A stretch of DNA of 35,899 bases from Nemertoderma westbladi (Eukaryota > Animalia > Xenacoelomorpha): positions 1-35,899 of the forward strand of contig JAUCBJ010000452.1 in assembly GCA_032718475.1 (NCBI GenBank), in the 5' to 3' direction. How positions within the stretch are numbered: position 1 is the stretch's first letter; every line of letters starts with the position of its first letter. The notes under the pieces were generated by a model, which was given only the letters and a program-made list of their open reading frames with translations, was not told the DNA's origin and made no database searches. Positions 1-13,000 of the stretch are shown here, piece after piece. The translations under genes were made by a program, and so were the position numbers.

Positions 1-969
1 GATTACTTGTCATTATTATATACTGCCCCCACTCGGCTTTAGAGAGTGCACCCTCGGTTGCTTACCGGACATATGGGCCACACATCGACAGGGTAATGTC
101 CGTGGGACTACTCAACCAACCCGGCCATGCGAACGCAACCATTCCAAAGCACCTACATGAACTGGTTTCAGAATTGTTAAGATTTTTGAGAGAGTAGAGC
201 CCAACATGCACTTTAAAGTAAAGAGTAATAAAAAATAATTATATCTACCCATTAGAATATATATATATAACAATCATACATAACATATCACTAAATATGA
301 ATCCTTCTATCATTGTCATAACTTCTTGTAGTTTGTTTACGCAGTTGCATTACTAATATGTTATTATATTGATCGGGGCCAAACCCGCATGACACGACAC
401 AAGCCGATCCCAAATCGTCCCATAAATTCTACTCGCCAGCGCCACCCGCCACTCGCCACCACTATTATTTGATTGATAGAGGGTTATGATATTTTGTTTG
501 TTTTGGGGTTGGGAATTAAGTGCCCCCACTCGGCTATAGAGAGTACCTCTTGGTGGTTTCACTGGATGTAGGGTCTCACCACCGGTCAGGTTGTACTGTT
601 CCGGAGGAACTATAACAAGAAGACCAGACCCCGTGATACATGCGTAGCACATGACCTAGTCTAATCCCGAATTGGGATTCTATAGATAGCCTTTTTTAGA
701 GGAGAGAAGGTTATCTGGAGAACTAAGCCAAAACGACCAATAAGATGTTCCTATACCCCCCCCCAAAAATTAATTCTAAGAACTTTTCTCATATATATTG
801 CGCTTCAAATATTTACGGTTCTCCGGCTAGGGCCAATTTGAGGTCAAAATTTTGCTCTCCCTAGCAACAGCGTTGCTATGCAAAAAACTCAAGAACCGCT
901 AATGCTACGAACTCGGGACTGGCGCCAAAATGTAGGCAGCATATGGGTTTACCTCCAATAATCTTTTTT

Positions 970-3470
970 TAGAGCGATCCGATCATGATCTTGGCCGCGA
1001 TCAGTAAAGATCGTGTTTGATCGAAATTCGGTCACTCAAGGCTTGCCCCAATCGAAAAACTTAACATTACAAAAAGATTCAGCGACCCCACATTAGTCAT
1101 GATTCCCGTTAAAAGATTTAAAAAAAAGTGAATTCTTCCTGATCAAAACGCAAGATCATGATCGCGCAAAGATCGGACTTTGTAAAATCGCAACTAAGCA
1201 TTTTGGATATAAACAATTACTGTAGGAAACGTTCAGAACACCGCCTTGAGTCGATTAAAAAAAAAATTGGCTCGATCGGACAACCGGTTCTCGAGATCTG
1301 ATACCTGATCATTAAAGATCATATTTTTCTGTTTTTTCCAATTTTCTCGAAAACTTTGTTTGAGACTCCCGATTTTTTTTTTACGAATCGACTTCTATGA
1401 TGAAGGGACAACTTTTGAGCATTTCGAAATTTTCAAAAAGCGATTTGATCAGGCCGCGATCAGAAAAGATCGTGTTTTTGGTTTTATTTCGAAGACCAAG
1501 TCCTAGGAGTTCACCGTATAGAAAAACTTAACATCACAAAAAGATTCCTTACCCTCGAATTATGGGGGGTAGCCAAAATTTGGGCATAAAAAAGTTCAAG
1601 TCTAGTGGGTCAAAACTCAAGATCATGATCGCGAAAAGATCAGTACTTTTAAAATCGAATCTAAGCATTTTTCTAATAAACATTCATTGTAGGAAATATT
1701 TACTGGACCATTCTGAGTTGATTAAAAAAAAAATTGGCTCGATCGGACCAATGGTTCTCGAGATCTGATACCTGATCATAAAAGATCGTGTTTTTTTAGT
1801 TTTTTTGAATTTTCTCGAAAACTTTGTTTGAGACCCCCGATTTTTTTTTTAGAAATCGACTCCTATGGTGAAGGGGCAACGTTTGTGCATTTCGAAATTT
1901 TGAAAAAGCGATTTGATCATGCCGTGATCAGAAAAGATCGTGTTTTCGGTTTTATTTCGAAGACCAAGTCCTGTGAGTTCACCGTATGGAAAAACTTTAC
2001 ATCACAAAAAGATTCCTCACCCTAGAATTATGGGGGGTAGCCAAAATTTGGGCATAAAAAAGTTCACGTCTAGGGGGTCAAAATTCAAGATCATGATCGC
2101 GAAAAGATCAGTATATTTAAAATCGAATCTAAGCATTTCTCTAATAAACATTCATTGTAAGAAATGTTCAATGGTCTATTCTGAGTTGATTAAAAAAAAA
2201 ATTGGCTCGATCGTAAAACCGGTTCTCGAGATCTGATACCTGATCATTAAAGATCGTGTTTTTCGGTTTTTTCAAATTTTCTCGAAAACTTTGTTTGAGA
2301 CCCCCGATTTTTTTTTTACTAATCGACTTCTATTAAGAAGGGGCAACTTTTGTGTATTTCGAAATTTTCAAAAAGCGTTTTGATCAGGCCGTGATCAGGA
2401 AAGATCATGTTTTCGATTTTATTTCGAAGACCAAGTCCCGTGAGTTCACCGTATGGAAAAACTTAACATCACAAAAAGATTCCTCACCCTCGAATTTAGG
2501 GGGGTAGCCAAAATTTGGGCATAAAAAAGTTCAATTCTAGAGGGTCAAAAGATCATGATCGCGAAAAGATCAGTTTTTTCGAAATTACTTCTAAGCATTT
2601 TGGGGCAAAACTTTCAAACTAAAAAACATTCACTGGAGTGTTCTAAGTAGATTAAAAAAAATTTCGACTCAATAGGCCTACCGGTACCGGAGATATGGTC
2701 GTTCAAAGTCTGCTTCCGGTAATTCGAAAATATTTCGAAAACCCTTGATCTAATTTTTTCCTTGAAAATATATGAATGTACAGTTAGTGGACCCGCATCT
2801 AACGATATATCTAAATCCTTATTTCGGATGACAGGTACCGGTAAAATCAGACTTTACCAAAAAAAATTCAAACTTTTTCTACTCATGTCTGACTGTCTCT
2901 AAAACTATAACAGGTATGAAAATACTTTCGCCCCAAGAAATGTTCGCCTATCCAATGCGCTTCTAACGATGTATTCAGATTTGTACAACGGTCAATAGTT
3001 TTCGAGATATTAACAACTTAGGCCCTGATCACCATGATCGCAAAAGATCAGTTTTTTAGAATTTTGATGTAAGCCTTTTCAGACAAAATTTTCAAACTAA
3101 AAAACATTCACTGGAGTGTTCTAAGTAGATTAAAAAAAAATTCGACTCAATAGGCCTACCGGTACCGGTGATATGGTCGTTCAAAATCTGCTTCCGGTAA
3201 TTCGAAAATATTTCGAAAATCCTTGATCGAATTTTTTCCTTGAAAATATGTGAATGTACAGTTAGTGGACCTGCATTTAACGATATATCACAATCCATAT
3301 TTTAGATGACAGGTACCGGTCAAATTAGACTTTACCAAAAAAAATTTAAATTTTTGCAACTCATGTCTGACTATCTTGAAAACTATAATAGGTATGAAAA
3401 CACTTTCGCCCCAAGAAATGTTCGCCTATCCAATGTGCTTCTAACGCTGTGCTCGGATTTTGCATAGTAT
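970..3470. repeat. Internal array of ~460-480-bp GATC/TCGA-rich subrepeats (A-type then B-type), unit 1
   Basis: TTGGCTCGATCG at 1267, 1734, 2202 (period 467-468); related TTCGACTCAATAGG at 2663, 3141 (period 478); GATCATGATCGCGAAAAGATC-like motif in each monomer. Confidence 0.92.
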
Positions 3471-3494
3471 CAAAATCGACTACTTAACCCCCCC

Positions 3495-3521
3495 GCGGAG
3501 GGAACGGAGTGACCGGAGCGC
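3495..3521 (+). other. 27-nt G.A-mismatch ssDNA hairpin motif (candidate HUH/Helentron-type terminal signal), copy 1
   Basis: GC-GGA-GG-GA-AC-[GGA]-GT-GA-CC-GGA-GC(GC): symmetric Watson-Crick dinucleotide steps alternating with GA/GA and GGA/GGA motifs around a cGGAg triloop. Confidence 0.65.
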
Positions 3522-5182
3522 AAAGGGTGGTGGGAGGGGTAGGTGGCAAACACTATTTATAGGGTGGAGGGAGGGGCTAGTATATTACTTTAGGGTATTT
3601 GATTTTCTTTCAATATAGTTTAGGTACCTCAGTCTTATTTATAATATATTATACATTATTCCAAATTATATGAAGTTCTAATAAACTAGATTTTCCACCT
3701 GTAGGATGAATATATAATGTTGGGCTCATAATATATTTGAAAAATAGATTTTAGTATTTATATTGTATAACAGATTGCTAATTGATATTATTATGGTACT
3801 ATACTAAAGACGCTTTGATTATCTGATCAAAAGTCAAGTACTGGCATATTTTTTAATTCTTTAATCATTCTCTAAACTCTAAATCTCTAAAATCACTCTA
3901 AATCTAAGATAAGAAACATTTGCTTTACTTATTGTTTGCTTGTGAGGTTATATTAATATATAATGCCGCAGTATAATATCAAATGGGGTGAAACCCGTAT
4001 TAACTGGAAAATGTTTCATTATTATTACAATTGGCACATTCAAGTATGTAGTATTAATAAAGGATAAGTTAATAAAGGATAAATTAATTATTAATCCATA
4101 TCTTCAACTTTGTCTATATGGTTGCATTAATAATAATGTTACTTTATCAATTGGGTCTGAAACAAGCTTCTTTACTCCAAAATTATGATAACTTATAAGA
4201 GGACGGGGTTCGTGATTACTTGTCATTATTATATACTGCCCCCACTCGGCTTTAGAGAGTGCACCCTCGGTTGCTTACCGGACATATGGGCCACACATCG
4301 ACAGGGTAATGTCCGTGGGACTACTCAACCAACCCGGCCATGCGAACGCAACCATTCCAAAGCACCTACATGAACTGGTTTCAGAATTGTTAAGATTTTT
4401 GAGAGAGTAGAGCCCAACATGCACTTTAAAGTAAAGAGTAATAAAAAATAATTATATCTACCCATTAGAATATATATATATAACAATCATACATAACATA
4501 TCACTAAATATGAATCCTTCTATCATTGTCATAACTTCTTGTAGTTTGTTTACGCAGTTGCATTACTAATATGTTATTATATTGATCGGGGCCAAACCCG
4601 CATGACACGACACAAGCCGATCCCAAATCGTCCCATAAATTCTACTCGCCAGCGCCACCCGCCACTCGCCACCACTATTATTTGATTGATAGAGGGTTAT
4701 GATATTTTGTTTGTTTTGGGGTTGGGAATTAAGTGCCCCCACTCGGCTATAGAGAGTACCTCTTGGTGGTTTCACTGGATGTAGGGTCTCACCACCGGTC
4801 AGGTTGTACTGTTCCGGAGGAACTATAACAAGAAGACCAGACCCCGTGATACATGCGTAGCACATGACCTAGTCTAATCCCGAATTGGGATTCTATAGAT
4901 AGCCTTTTTTAGAGGAGAGAAGGTTATCTGGAGAACTAAGCCAAAACGACCAATAAGATGTTCCTATACCCCCCCCCAAAAATTAATTCTAAGAACTTTT
5001 CTCATATATATTGCGCTTCAAATATTTACGGTTCTCCGGCTAGGGCCAATTTGAGGTCAAAATTTTGCTCTCCCTAGCAACAGCGTTGCTATGCAAAAAA
5101 CTCAAGAACCGCTAATGCTACGAACTCGGGACTGGCGCCAAAATGTAGGCAGCATATGGGTTTACCTCCAATAATCTTTTTT

Positions 5183-7683
5183 TAGAGCGATCCGATCATG
5201 ATCTTGGCCGCGATCAGTAAAGATCGTGTTTGATCGAAATTCGGTCACTCAAGGCTTGCCCCAATCGAAAAACTTAACATTACAAAAAGATTCAGCGACC
5301 CCACATTAGTCATGATTCCCGTTAAAAGATTTAAAAAAAAGTGAATTCTTCCTGATCAAAACGCAAGATCATGATCGCGCAAAGATCGGACTTTGTAAAA
5401 TCGCAACTAAGCATTTTGGATATAAACAATTACTGTAGGAAACGTTCAGAACACCGCCTTGAGTCGATTAAAAAAAAAATTGGCTCGATCGGACAACCGG
5501 TTCTCGAGATCTGATACCTGATCATTAAAGATCATATTTTTCTGTTTTTTCCAATTTTCTCGAAAACTTTGTTTGAGACTCCCGATTTTTTTTTTACGAA
5601 TCGACTTCTATGATGAAGGGACAACTTTTGAGCATTTCGAAATTTTCAAAAAGCGATTTGATCAGGCCGCGATCAGAAAAGATCGTGTTTTTGGTTTTAT
5701 TTCGAAGACCAAGTCCTAGGAGTTCACCGTATAGAAAAACTTAACATCACAAAAAGATTCCTTACCCTCGAATTATGGGGGGTAGCCAAAATTTGGGCAT
5801 AAAAAAGTTCAAGTCTAGTGGGTCAAAACTCAAGATCATGATCGCGAAAAGATCAGTACTTTTAAAATCGAATCTAAGCATTTTTCTAATAAACATTCAT
5901 TGTAGGAAATATTTACTGGACCATTCTGAGTTGATTAAAAAAAAAATTGGCTCGATCGGACCAATGGTTCTCGAGATCTGATACCTGATCATAAAAGATC
6001 GTGTTTTTTTAGTTTTTTTGAATTTTCTCGAAAACTTTGTTTGAGACCCCCGATTTTTTTTTTAGAAATCGACTCCTATGGTGAAGGGGCAACGTTTGTG
6101 CATTTCGAAATTTTGAAAAAGCGATTTGATCATGCCGTGATCAGAAAAGATCGTGTTTTCGGTTTTATTTCGAAGACCAAGTCCTGTGAGTTCACCGTAT
6201 GGAAAAACTTTACATCACAAAAAGATTCCTCACCCTAGAATTATGGGGGGTAGCCAAAATTTGGGCATAAAAAAGTTCACGTCTAGGGGGTCAAAATTCA
6301 AGATCATGATCGCGAAAAGATCAGTATATTTAAAATCGAATCTAAGCATTTCTCTAATAAACATTCATTGTAAGAAATGTTCAATGGTCTATTCTGAGTT
6401 GATTAAAAAAAAAATTGGCTCGATCGTAAAACCGGTTCTCGAGATCTGATACCTGATCATTAAAGATCGTGTTTTTCGGTTTTTTCAAATTTTCTCGAAA
6501 ACTTTGTTTGAGACCCCCGATTTTTTTTTTACTAATCGACTTCTATTAAGAAGGGGCAACTTTTGTGTATTTCGAAATTTTCAAAAAGCGTTTTGATCAG
6601 GCCGTGATCAGGAAAGATCATGTTTTCGATTTTATTTCGAAGACCAAGTCCCGTGAGTTCACCGTATGGAAAAACTTAACATCACAAAAAGATTCCTCAC
6701 CCTCGAATTTAGGGGGGTAGCCAAAATTTGGGCATAAAAAAGTTCAATTCTAGAGGGTCAAAAGATCATGATCGCGAAAAGATCAGTTTTTTCGAAATTA
6801 CTTCTAAGCATTTTGGGGCAAAACTTTCAAACTAAAAAACATTCACTGGAGTGTTCTAAGTAGATTAAAAAAAATTTCGACTCAATAGGCCTACCGGTAC
6901 CGGAGATATGGTCGTTCAAAGTCTGCTTCCGGTAATTCGAAAATATTTCGAAAACCCTTGATCTAATTTTTTCCTTGAAAATATATGAATGTACAGTTAG
7001 TGGACCCGCATCTAACGATATATCTAAATCCTTATTTCGGATGACAGGTACCGGTAAAATCAGACTTTACCAAAAAAAATTCAAACTTTTTCTACTCATG
7101 TCTGACTGTCTCTAAAACTATAACAGGTATGAAAATACTTTCGCCCCAAGAAATGTTCGCCTATCCAATGCGCTTCTAACGATGTATTCAGATTTGTACA
7201 ACGGTCAATAGTTTTCGAGATATTAACAACTTAGGCCCTGATCACCATGATCGCAAAAGATCAGTTTTTTAGAATTTTGATGTAAGCCTTTTCAGACAAA
7301 ATTTTCAAACTAAAAAACATTCACTGGAGTGTTCTAAGTAGATTAAAAAAAAATTCGACTCAATAGGCCTACCGGTACCGGTGATATGGTCGTTCAAAAT
7401 CTGCTTCCGGTAATTCGAAAATATTTCGAAAATCCTTGATCGAATTTTTTCCTTGAAAATATGTGAATGTACAGTTAGTGGACCTGCATTTAACGATATA
7501 TCACAATCCATATTTTAGATGACAGGTACCGGTCAAATTAGACTTTACCAAAAAAAATTTAAATTTTTGCAACTCATGTCTGACTATCTTGAAAACTATA
7601 ATAGGTATGAAAACACTTTCGCCCCAAGAAATGTTCGCCTATCCAATGTGCTTCTAACGCTGTGCTCGGATTTTGCATAGTAT
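5183..7683. repeat. Internal ~460-480-bp subrepeat array, unit 2
   Basis: Copy of 970-3470 at +4213. Confidence 0.92.
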
Positions 7684-7707
7684 CAAAATCGACTACTTAA
7701 CCCCCCC

Positions 7708-7734
7708 GCGGAGGGAACGGAGTGACCGGAGCGC
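7708..7734 (+). other. 27-nt G.A-mismatch ssDNA hairpin motif, copy 2
   Basis: Identical to 3495-3521. Confidence 0.65.
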
Positions 7735-9399
7735 AAAGGGTGGTGGGAGGGGTAGGTGGCAAACACTATTTATAGGGTGGAGGGAGGGGCTAGTATATTA
7801 CTTTAGGGTATTTGATTTTCTTTCAATATAGTTTAGGTACCTCAGTCTTATTTATAATATATTATACATTATTCCAAATTATATGAAGTTCTAATAAACT
7901 AGATTTTCCACCTGTAGGATGAATATATAATGTTGGGCTCATAATATATTTGAAAAATAGATTTTAGTATTTATATTGTATAACAGATTGCTAATTGATA
8001 TTATTATGGTACTATACTAAAGACGCTTTGATTATCTGATCAAAAGTCAAGTACTGGCATATTTTTTAATTCTTTAATCATTCTCTAAACTCTAAATCTC
8101 TAAAATCACTCTAAATCTAAGATAAGAAACATTTGCTTTACTTATTGTTTGCTTGTGAGGTTATATTAATATATAATGCCGCAGTATAATATCAAATGGG
8201 GTGAAACCCGTATTAACTGGAAAATGTTTCATTATTATTACAATTGGCACATTCAAGTATGTAGTATTAATAAAGGATAAGTTAATAAAGGATAAATTAA
8301 TTATTAATCCATATCTTCAACTTTGTCTATATGGTTGCATTAATAATAATGTTACTTTATCAATTGGGTCTGAAACAAGCTTCTTTACTCCAAAATTATG
8401 ATAACTTATAAGAGGACGGGGTTCGTGATTACTTGTCATTATTATATACTGCCCCCACTCGGCTTTAGAGAGTGCACCCTCGGTTGCTTACCGGACATAT
8501 GGGCCACACATCGACAGGGTAATGTCCGTGGGACTACTCAACCAACCCGGCCATGCGAACGCAACCATTCCAAAGCACCTACATGAACTGGTTTCAGAAT
8601 TGTTAAGATTTTTGAGAGAGTAGAGCCCAACATGCACTTTAAAGTAAAGAGTAATAAAAAATAATTATATCTACCCATTAGAATATATATATATAACAAT
8701 CATACATAACATATCACTAAATATGAATCCTTCTATCATTGTCATAACTTCTTGTAGTTTGTTTACGCAGTTGCATTACTAATATGTTATTATATTGATC
8801 GGGGCCAAACCCGCATGACACGACACAAGCCGATCCCAAATCGTCCCATAAATTCTACTCGCCAGCGCCACCCGCCACTCGCCACCACTATTATTTGATT
8901 GATAGAGGGTTATGATATTTTGTTTGTTTTGGGGTTGGGAATTAAGTGCCCCCACTCGGCTATAGAGAGTACCTCTTGGTGGTTTCACTGGATGTAGGGG
9001 CCCACCACCGGTCAGGTTGTACTGTTCCGGAGGAACTATAACAAGAAGACCGGCCCCGTGATACATGCGTAGCACATGATCTAGTCTAATCCCGAACTGG
9101 GATTCTATAGATAGCCTTTTTGAGAGAGTAGAAGGTTATCTGGAGAACTAAGCCAAAACGACCAATAAGATGTTCCTATACCCCCCCCCAAAAATTAATT
9201 CTAAGAACTTTTCTCATATATATTGCGCTTAAAATATTTACGGTTCTCCGGCTAGGGCCAATTTGAGTCAAAAAGTCAGCTTCCCTAGCAACCTCGTTGC
9301 TATGCATTTATCTCAAGAACCGCTAACGCTACGGACTCAGGACCGGCGCCAATCGATAGGCAGCATATGGGTTTACATCCAGGAATTTTTTTTTAAAGA

Positions 9400-11410
9400 T
9401 GCCCGATGATGATCTTGGCGGCGATCAGTAAAGATCAGTTTTGATCAGCAATCGGAAACTCAAGGCTTGCTCCAATCGAAAAAGTTAACATTACAAAAAG
9501 ATTCAGCGACCCCACATTAGTCATGATTCCCGTTAAAAGATTTTAAAAAAAGTGAATTCTTCCTGATCAAAACACGAGATCATGATCGCGCAAAGATCGG
9601 ACTTCGTAAAATCGTAACTAAGCATTTTGGATATAAACAATTACTGTAGGAAACGTTCAGAACACCGCCCTGAGTCGATTAAAAAAAAAATTGGCTCGAT
9701 CGGACAACCGGTTCTCGAGATCTGATACCTGATCATTAAAGATCGTGTTTTTCGGTTTTTTCGGATTTTCTCGAAAACTTTGTTTGAGACCCCCGATTTT
9801 TTTTTTACAAATCGACTTCTATGATGAAGGGGCAACTTTTGAGCATTTCGAAATTTTCAAAAAGCGATTTGATCAGGCCGCGATCAGAAAAGATCGTGTT
9901 TTTGGTTTTATTTCGAAGACCAAGTCCTGGGAGTTCACCGTATGGAAAAACTTAACATCACAAAAAGATTCCTCACCCTCGAATTATGGGGGGTAGCCAA
10001 AATTTGGGCATAAAAAAGTTCAAGTCTAGTGGGTCAAAACTCAAGATCATGATCGCGAAAAGATCAGTACTTTTAAAATCAAATCTAAGCATTTTTCTAA
10101 TAAACATTCATTGTAGGAAATGTTTACTGGACCATTCTGAGTTGATTAAAAAAAAAATTGGCTCGATCGGACCAATGGTTCTCGAGATCTGATACCTGAT
10201 CATAAAAGATCGTGTTTTTTTAGTTTTTTTGAATTTTCTCGAAAACTTTGTTTGAGACCCCCGATTTTTTTTTTACAAATCGACTCCTATGGTGAAGGGG
10301 CAACGTTTGTGCATTTCGAAATTTTCAAAAAGCGATTTGATCAGGCCGTGATCAGAAAAGATCGTGTTTTCAGTTTTATTTCGAAGACCAAGTCCTGTGA
10401 GTTCACCGTATGGAAAAACTTTACATCACAAAAAGATTCCTCACCCTCGAATTATGGGGGGTAGCCAAAATTTGGGCCTAAAAAAGTTCAAGTCTAGCGG
10501 GTCAAAACTCAAGATCATGATCGCGAAAAGATCAGTTCTTTTAAAATTGAATCTAAGCATTTTTCTAATAAACATTCATTGTAGGAAATGTTTACTGGAC
10601 TATTCTGAATTGATTAAAAAAAAATTGGCTCGATCGGACAACCGGTTCTCTAGATCTGATACCTGATCATTAAAGATCGTGTTTTTCGGTTTTTTGAAAT
10701 TTTCTCGAAAACTTTGTTTGAGACCCCCAATTTTTTTTTTACTAAACGACTTCTATTAAGAAGGGGAAACTTTTGTACATTTCGAAATTTTCAAAAAGCG
10801 ATTTGATTAGGCCGTGATCAGGAAAGATCATGTTTTCGATTTTATTTCGAAGACCAAGTCCCGTGAGTTTACCGTATGGAAAAACTTAACATCACAAAAA
10901 GATTCCTTACCCTCGAATTAGGGGGGGTAGCCAAAATTTGGGCATAAAAAAGTTCAATTCTAGAGGGTCAAAAGATCATGATCGCGAAAAGATCAGTTTT
11001 TTCGAAATTACTTCTAAGCATTTTGGGGCAAAACTTTCAAACTAAAAAACATTCACTGGATTGTTCTAAGTAGATTAAAAAAAATTTCGACTCAATAGGC
11101 CTACCGGTACCGGAGATATGGTCGTTCAAAGTCTGCTTCCGGTAATATGATAATATTTCGAGTACAGTTGATCGAATTTTTTTTTGAAAAAATGTGAATG
11201 TACAGTTAGGGGACCCGCATCCAACAATATATCATAACCCATATTTCGGATGACAGGTACCGGTAAAATCAGACTTTACCAAAAAAAATTCAAATTTTTG
11301 CTACTCATGTCTGACTATCTTGAAAACTATAATTGGTAAGGAAAAACTTTAAGTGTAAGAAGTTTTCATTATTGTAACACGCTTATAACCCTGAATTCGG
11401 ATTTTTTATA
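9400..11410. repeat. Internal ~460-480-bp subrepeat array, diverged unit 3
   Basis: Same monomer motifs; three TTGGCTCGATCGG sites and one TTCGACTCAATAGG site. Confidence 0.88.
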
Positions 11411-11493
11411 TTCTCTGTAGTTTGTATGAGATGTAAAATAATGTCATAATATGTTATAAATAACGTTTCTTTACTAATTACTTCTACAATCCA

Positions 11494-11520
11494 GCGGAGG
11501 GAACGGAGTGACCGGAGCGC
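11494..11520 (+). other. 27-nt G.A-mismatch ssDNA hairpin motif, copy 3 (unrelated flanks)
   Basis: Identical 27-mer although both immediate flanks differ from copies 1 and 2. Confidence 0.65.
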
Positions 11521-11764
11521 CATATCACATCAAAGTATTGGATACATGGACATGACAGTGAATTAGTGGGTTATTGATTCAGTAAATTGTCAATAAGGTG
11601 TCAAACTGTATATGCTAACCATAAATAGGATGACTCAACTGCATCAGTAATTCGAATAAATGACTGATAAACTATAATAAAATTGTGTTAAAATGACCCA
11701 TGGAATATGTATGCACCAATTTTATAAAGCAATTAACATGCACACACATTTAAATATGTTAAAT

Positions 11765-11960
11765 GTGAGACAAATCGGGGCAACATTAATTATGTATTGC
11801 CTAGCGGTGATCCAGTATGAAACACATCCAGTCCTAATCTCTTATTATATGGGATAATGGATGATGATTGATGCAATTCTCAAGTACCTAAAAATCTGAG
11901 ACAAATCGAGGCAACATATATAATGTATTGCCTAGCGGTGGTCCAGTCAGAATTATATCC
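11765..11960. repeat. Diverged ~60-bp direct duplication about 130 bp apart
   Basis: TGAGACAAATCG(G/A)GGCAACAT..ATGTATTGCCTAGCGGTG(A/G)TCCAGT at ~11765 and ~11896. Confidence 0.8.
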
Positions 11961-12269
11961 AGACATGTATCAGGGGAATTGTTTGCCGACAAAGGCATGA
12001 GTGCATGAAAAGTGTAGGCCTTGTATTGTAGCACCAAGTACTCATTGGATACCTCAAGAAATGAGGTAACCTCAGCGAATCCCTCCACACCTGGGATTAT
12101 CTTGGCGAATGCAACCATACCTGAAGTGACCTTTATTGGATATCTCCAGACATGGAATATCCTACTAATGGAAGGAAGTTAGTGTCATGTTATATTTGAC
12201 ATCTGCTAGAAAGAAAAGATTCACACACATCATCCAGCACACGAATAACTGCACCCAACAATAATAAAA

Positions 12270-12482
12270 TCCACAACACTTACAACCCACAGCATTAACC
12301 CACATAACCTAAGACCCACAATACTTACAACCCATAGCATTGTCAACCTATAGCACTTCCAACCCACTGCACTTTAAAGCCACAGCACTTACAACCCATA
12401 ACACTTATAACCCACAGAAATTAAGACCCACAGCACTTAACCCGCAGCACACAACCCACATAACCTAAAACCCACAGCACTC
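12270..12482. repeat. Degenerate ~17-bp minisatellite (ACTTACAACCCACAGC-like)
   Basis: About a dozen imperfect AACCCACAGCACTT-type units. Confidence 0.85.
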
Positions 12483-12562
12483 ATTACAGATTACTCATTA
12501 CTTCATTACAGATAACAACCAAGATTGATGAGTTACCAACATTGGGAGGGAGAATTGGGAGA

Positions 12563-13000
12563 ACAACGCCACGACACGCCACACCACACGCCACGCTAAG
12601 CCACACGCCACGCAACGCTACGCCACACGACACCACACGCCACGCAACGCCATACGCCACGCAACGCAACGCCACGCCACACGACGCCACGCCACGCAAC
12701 GTCACACACCACGCCACACCACTTCATGCCACGCCACTACACACCACACGCCACACCAAGCCACACGACGCCACGCCACGCAACTACACGCCACACCACT
12801 CCACGACACGTCACAACATTCCACGCCACGTCACCCGCCACGGCACACGCCACACGACGCCACTACACGCCACGCAACGCGCCACGCCACCACACGCCAC
12901 GCAACGCAACGCCACACCACACGACGCCACATCACGTCACGCCACTACACGCCACACCACGCCATACGCCACGCCACGCAACGCCACGCCACACGCCACA
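12563..13000. repeat. CCACG/CCACA-based complex satellite, block A
   Basis: Degenerate pentamer/heptamer array, strongly C/A-biased on + strand. Confidence 0.95.

Larger units (their letters stand above)
1..8426. repeat. Two head-to-tail copies of a 4213-bp tandem unit (1-4213, 4214-8426); array probably continues left of the window
   Basis: GATTACTTGTCATT starts at 1, 4214 and 8427; small ORFs recur with a +4213 offset (353/4566, 1562/5775, 3092/7305); no differences noticed by eye between copies 1 and 2. Confidence 0.97.
8427..11520. repeat. Third, diverged and shorter copy of the 4213-bp unit
   Basis: Matches the other copies to ~8999, then shows substitutions and indels (GGGGCCCACC vs GGGTCTCACC; 9260-9470 clearly diverged); one B-type subrepeat instead of two; weak homology to ~11410, then the 27-nt motif at 11494-11520. 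Confidence 0.9.

Noticed and set aside
129-146. 15/18-nt similarity with 12105-12122 (both encode GMVAFA on the minus strand)
   Set aside because: Too short; matches of this quality are expected by chance in a window this size and the flanks do not align convincingly
353-10666. Short ORFs recurring in the 4213-bp units
   Set aside because: Recurrence reflects DNA duplication; frames are broken between subrepeats and no motifs are recognisable
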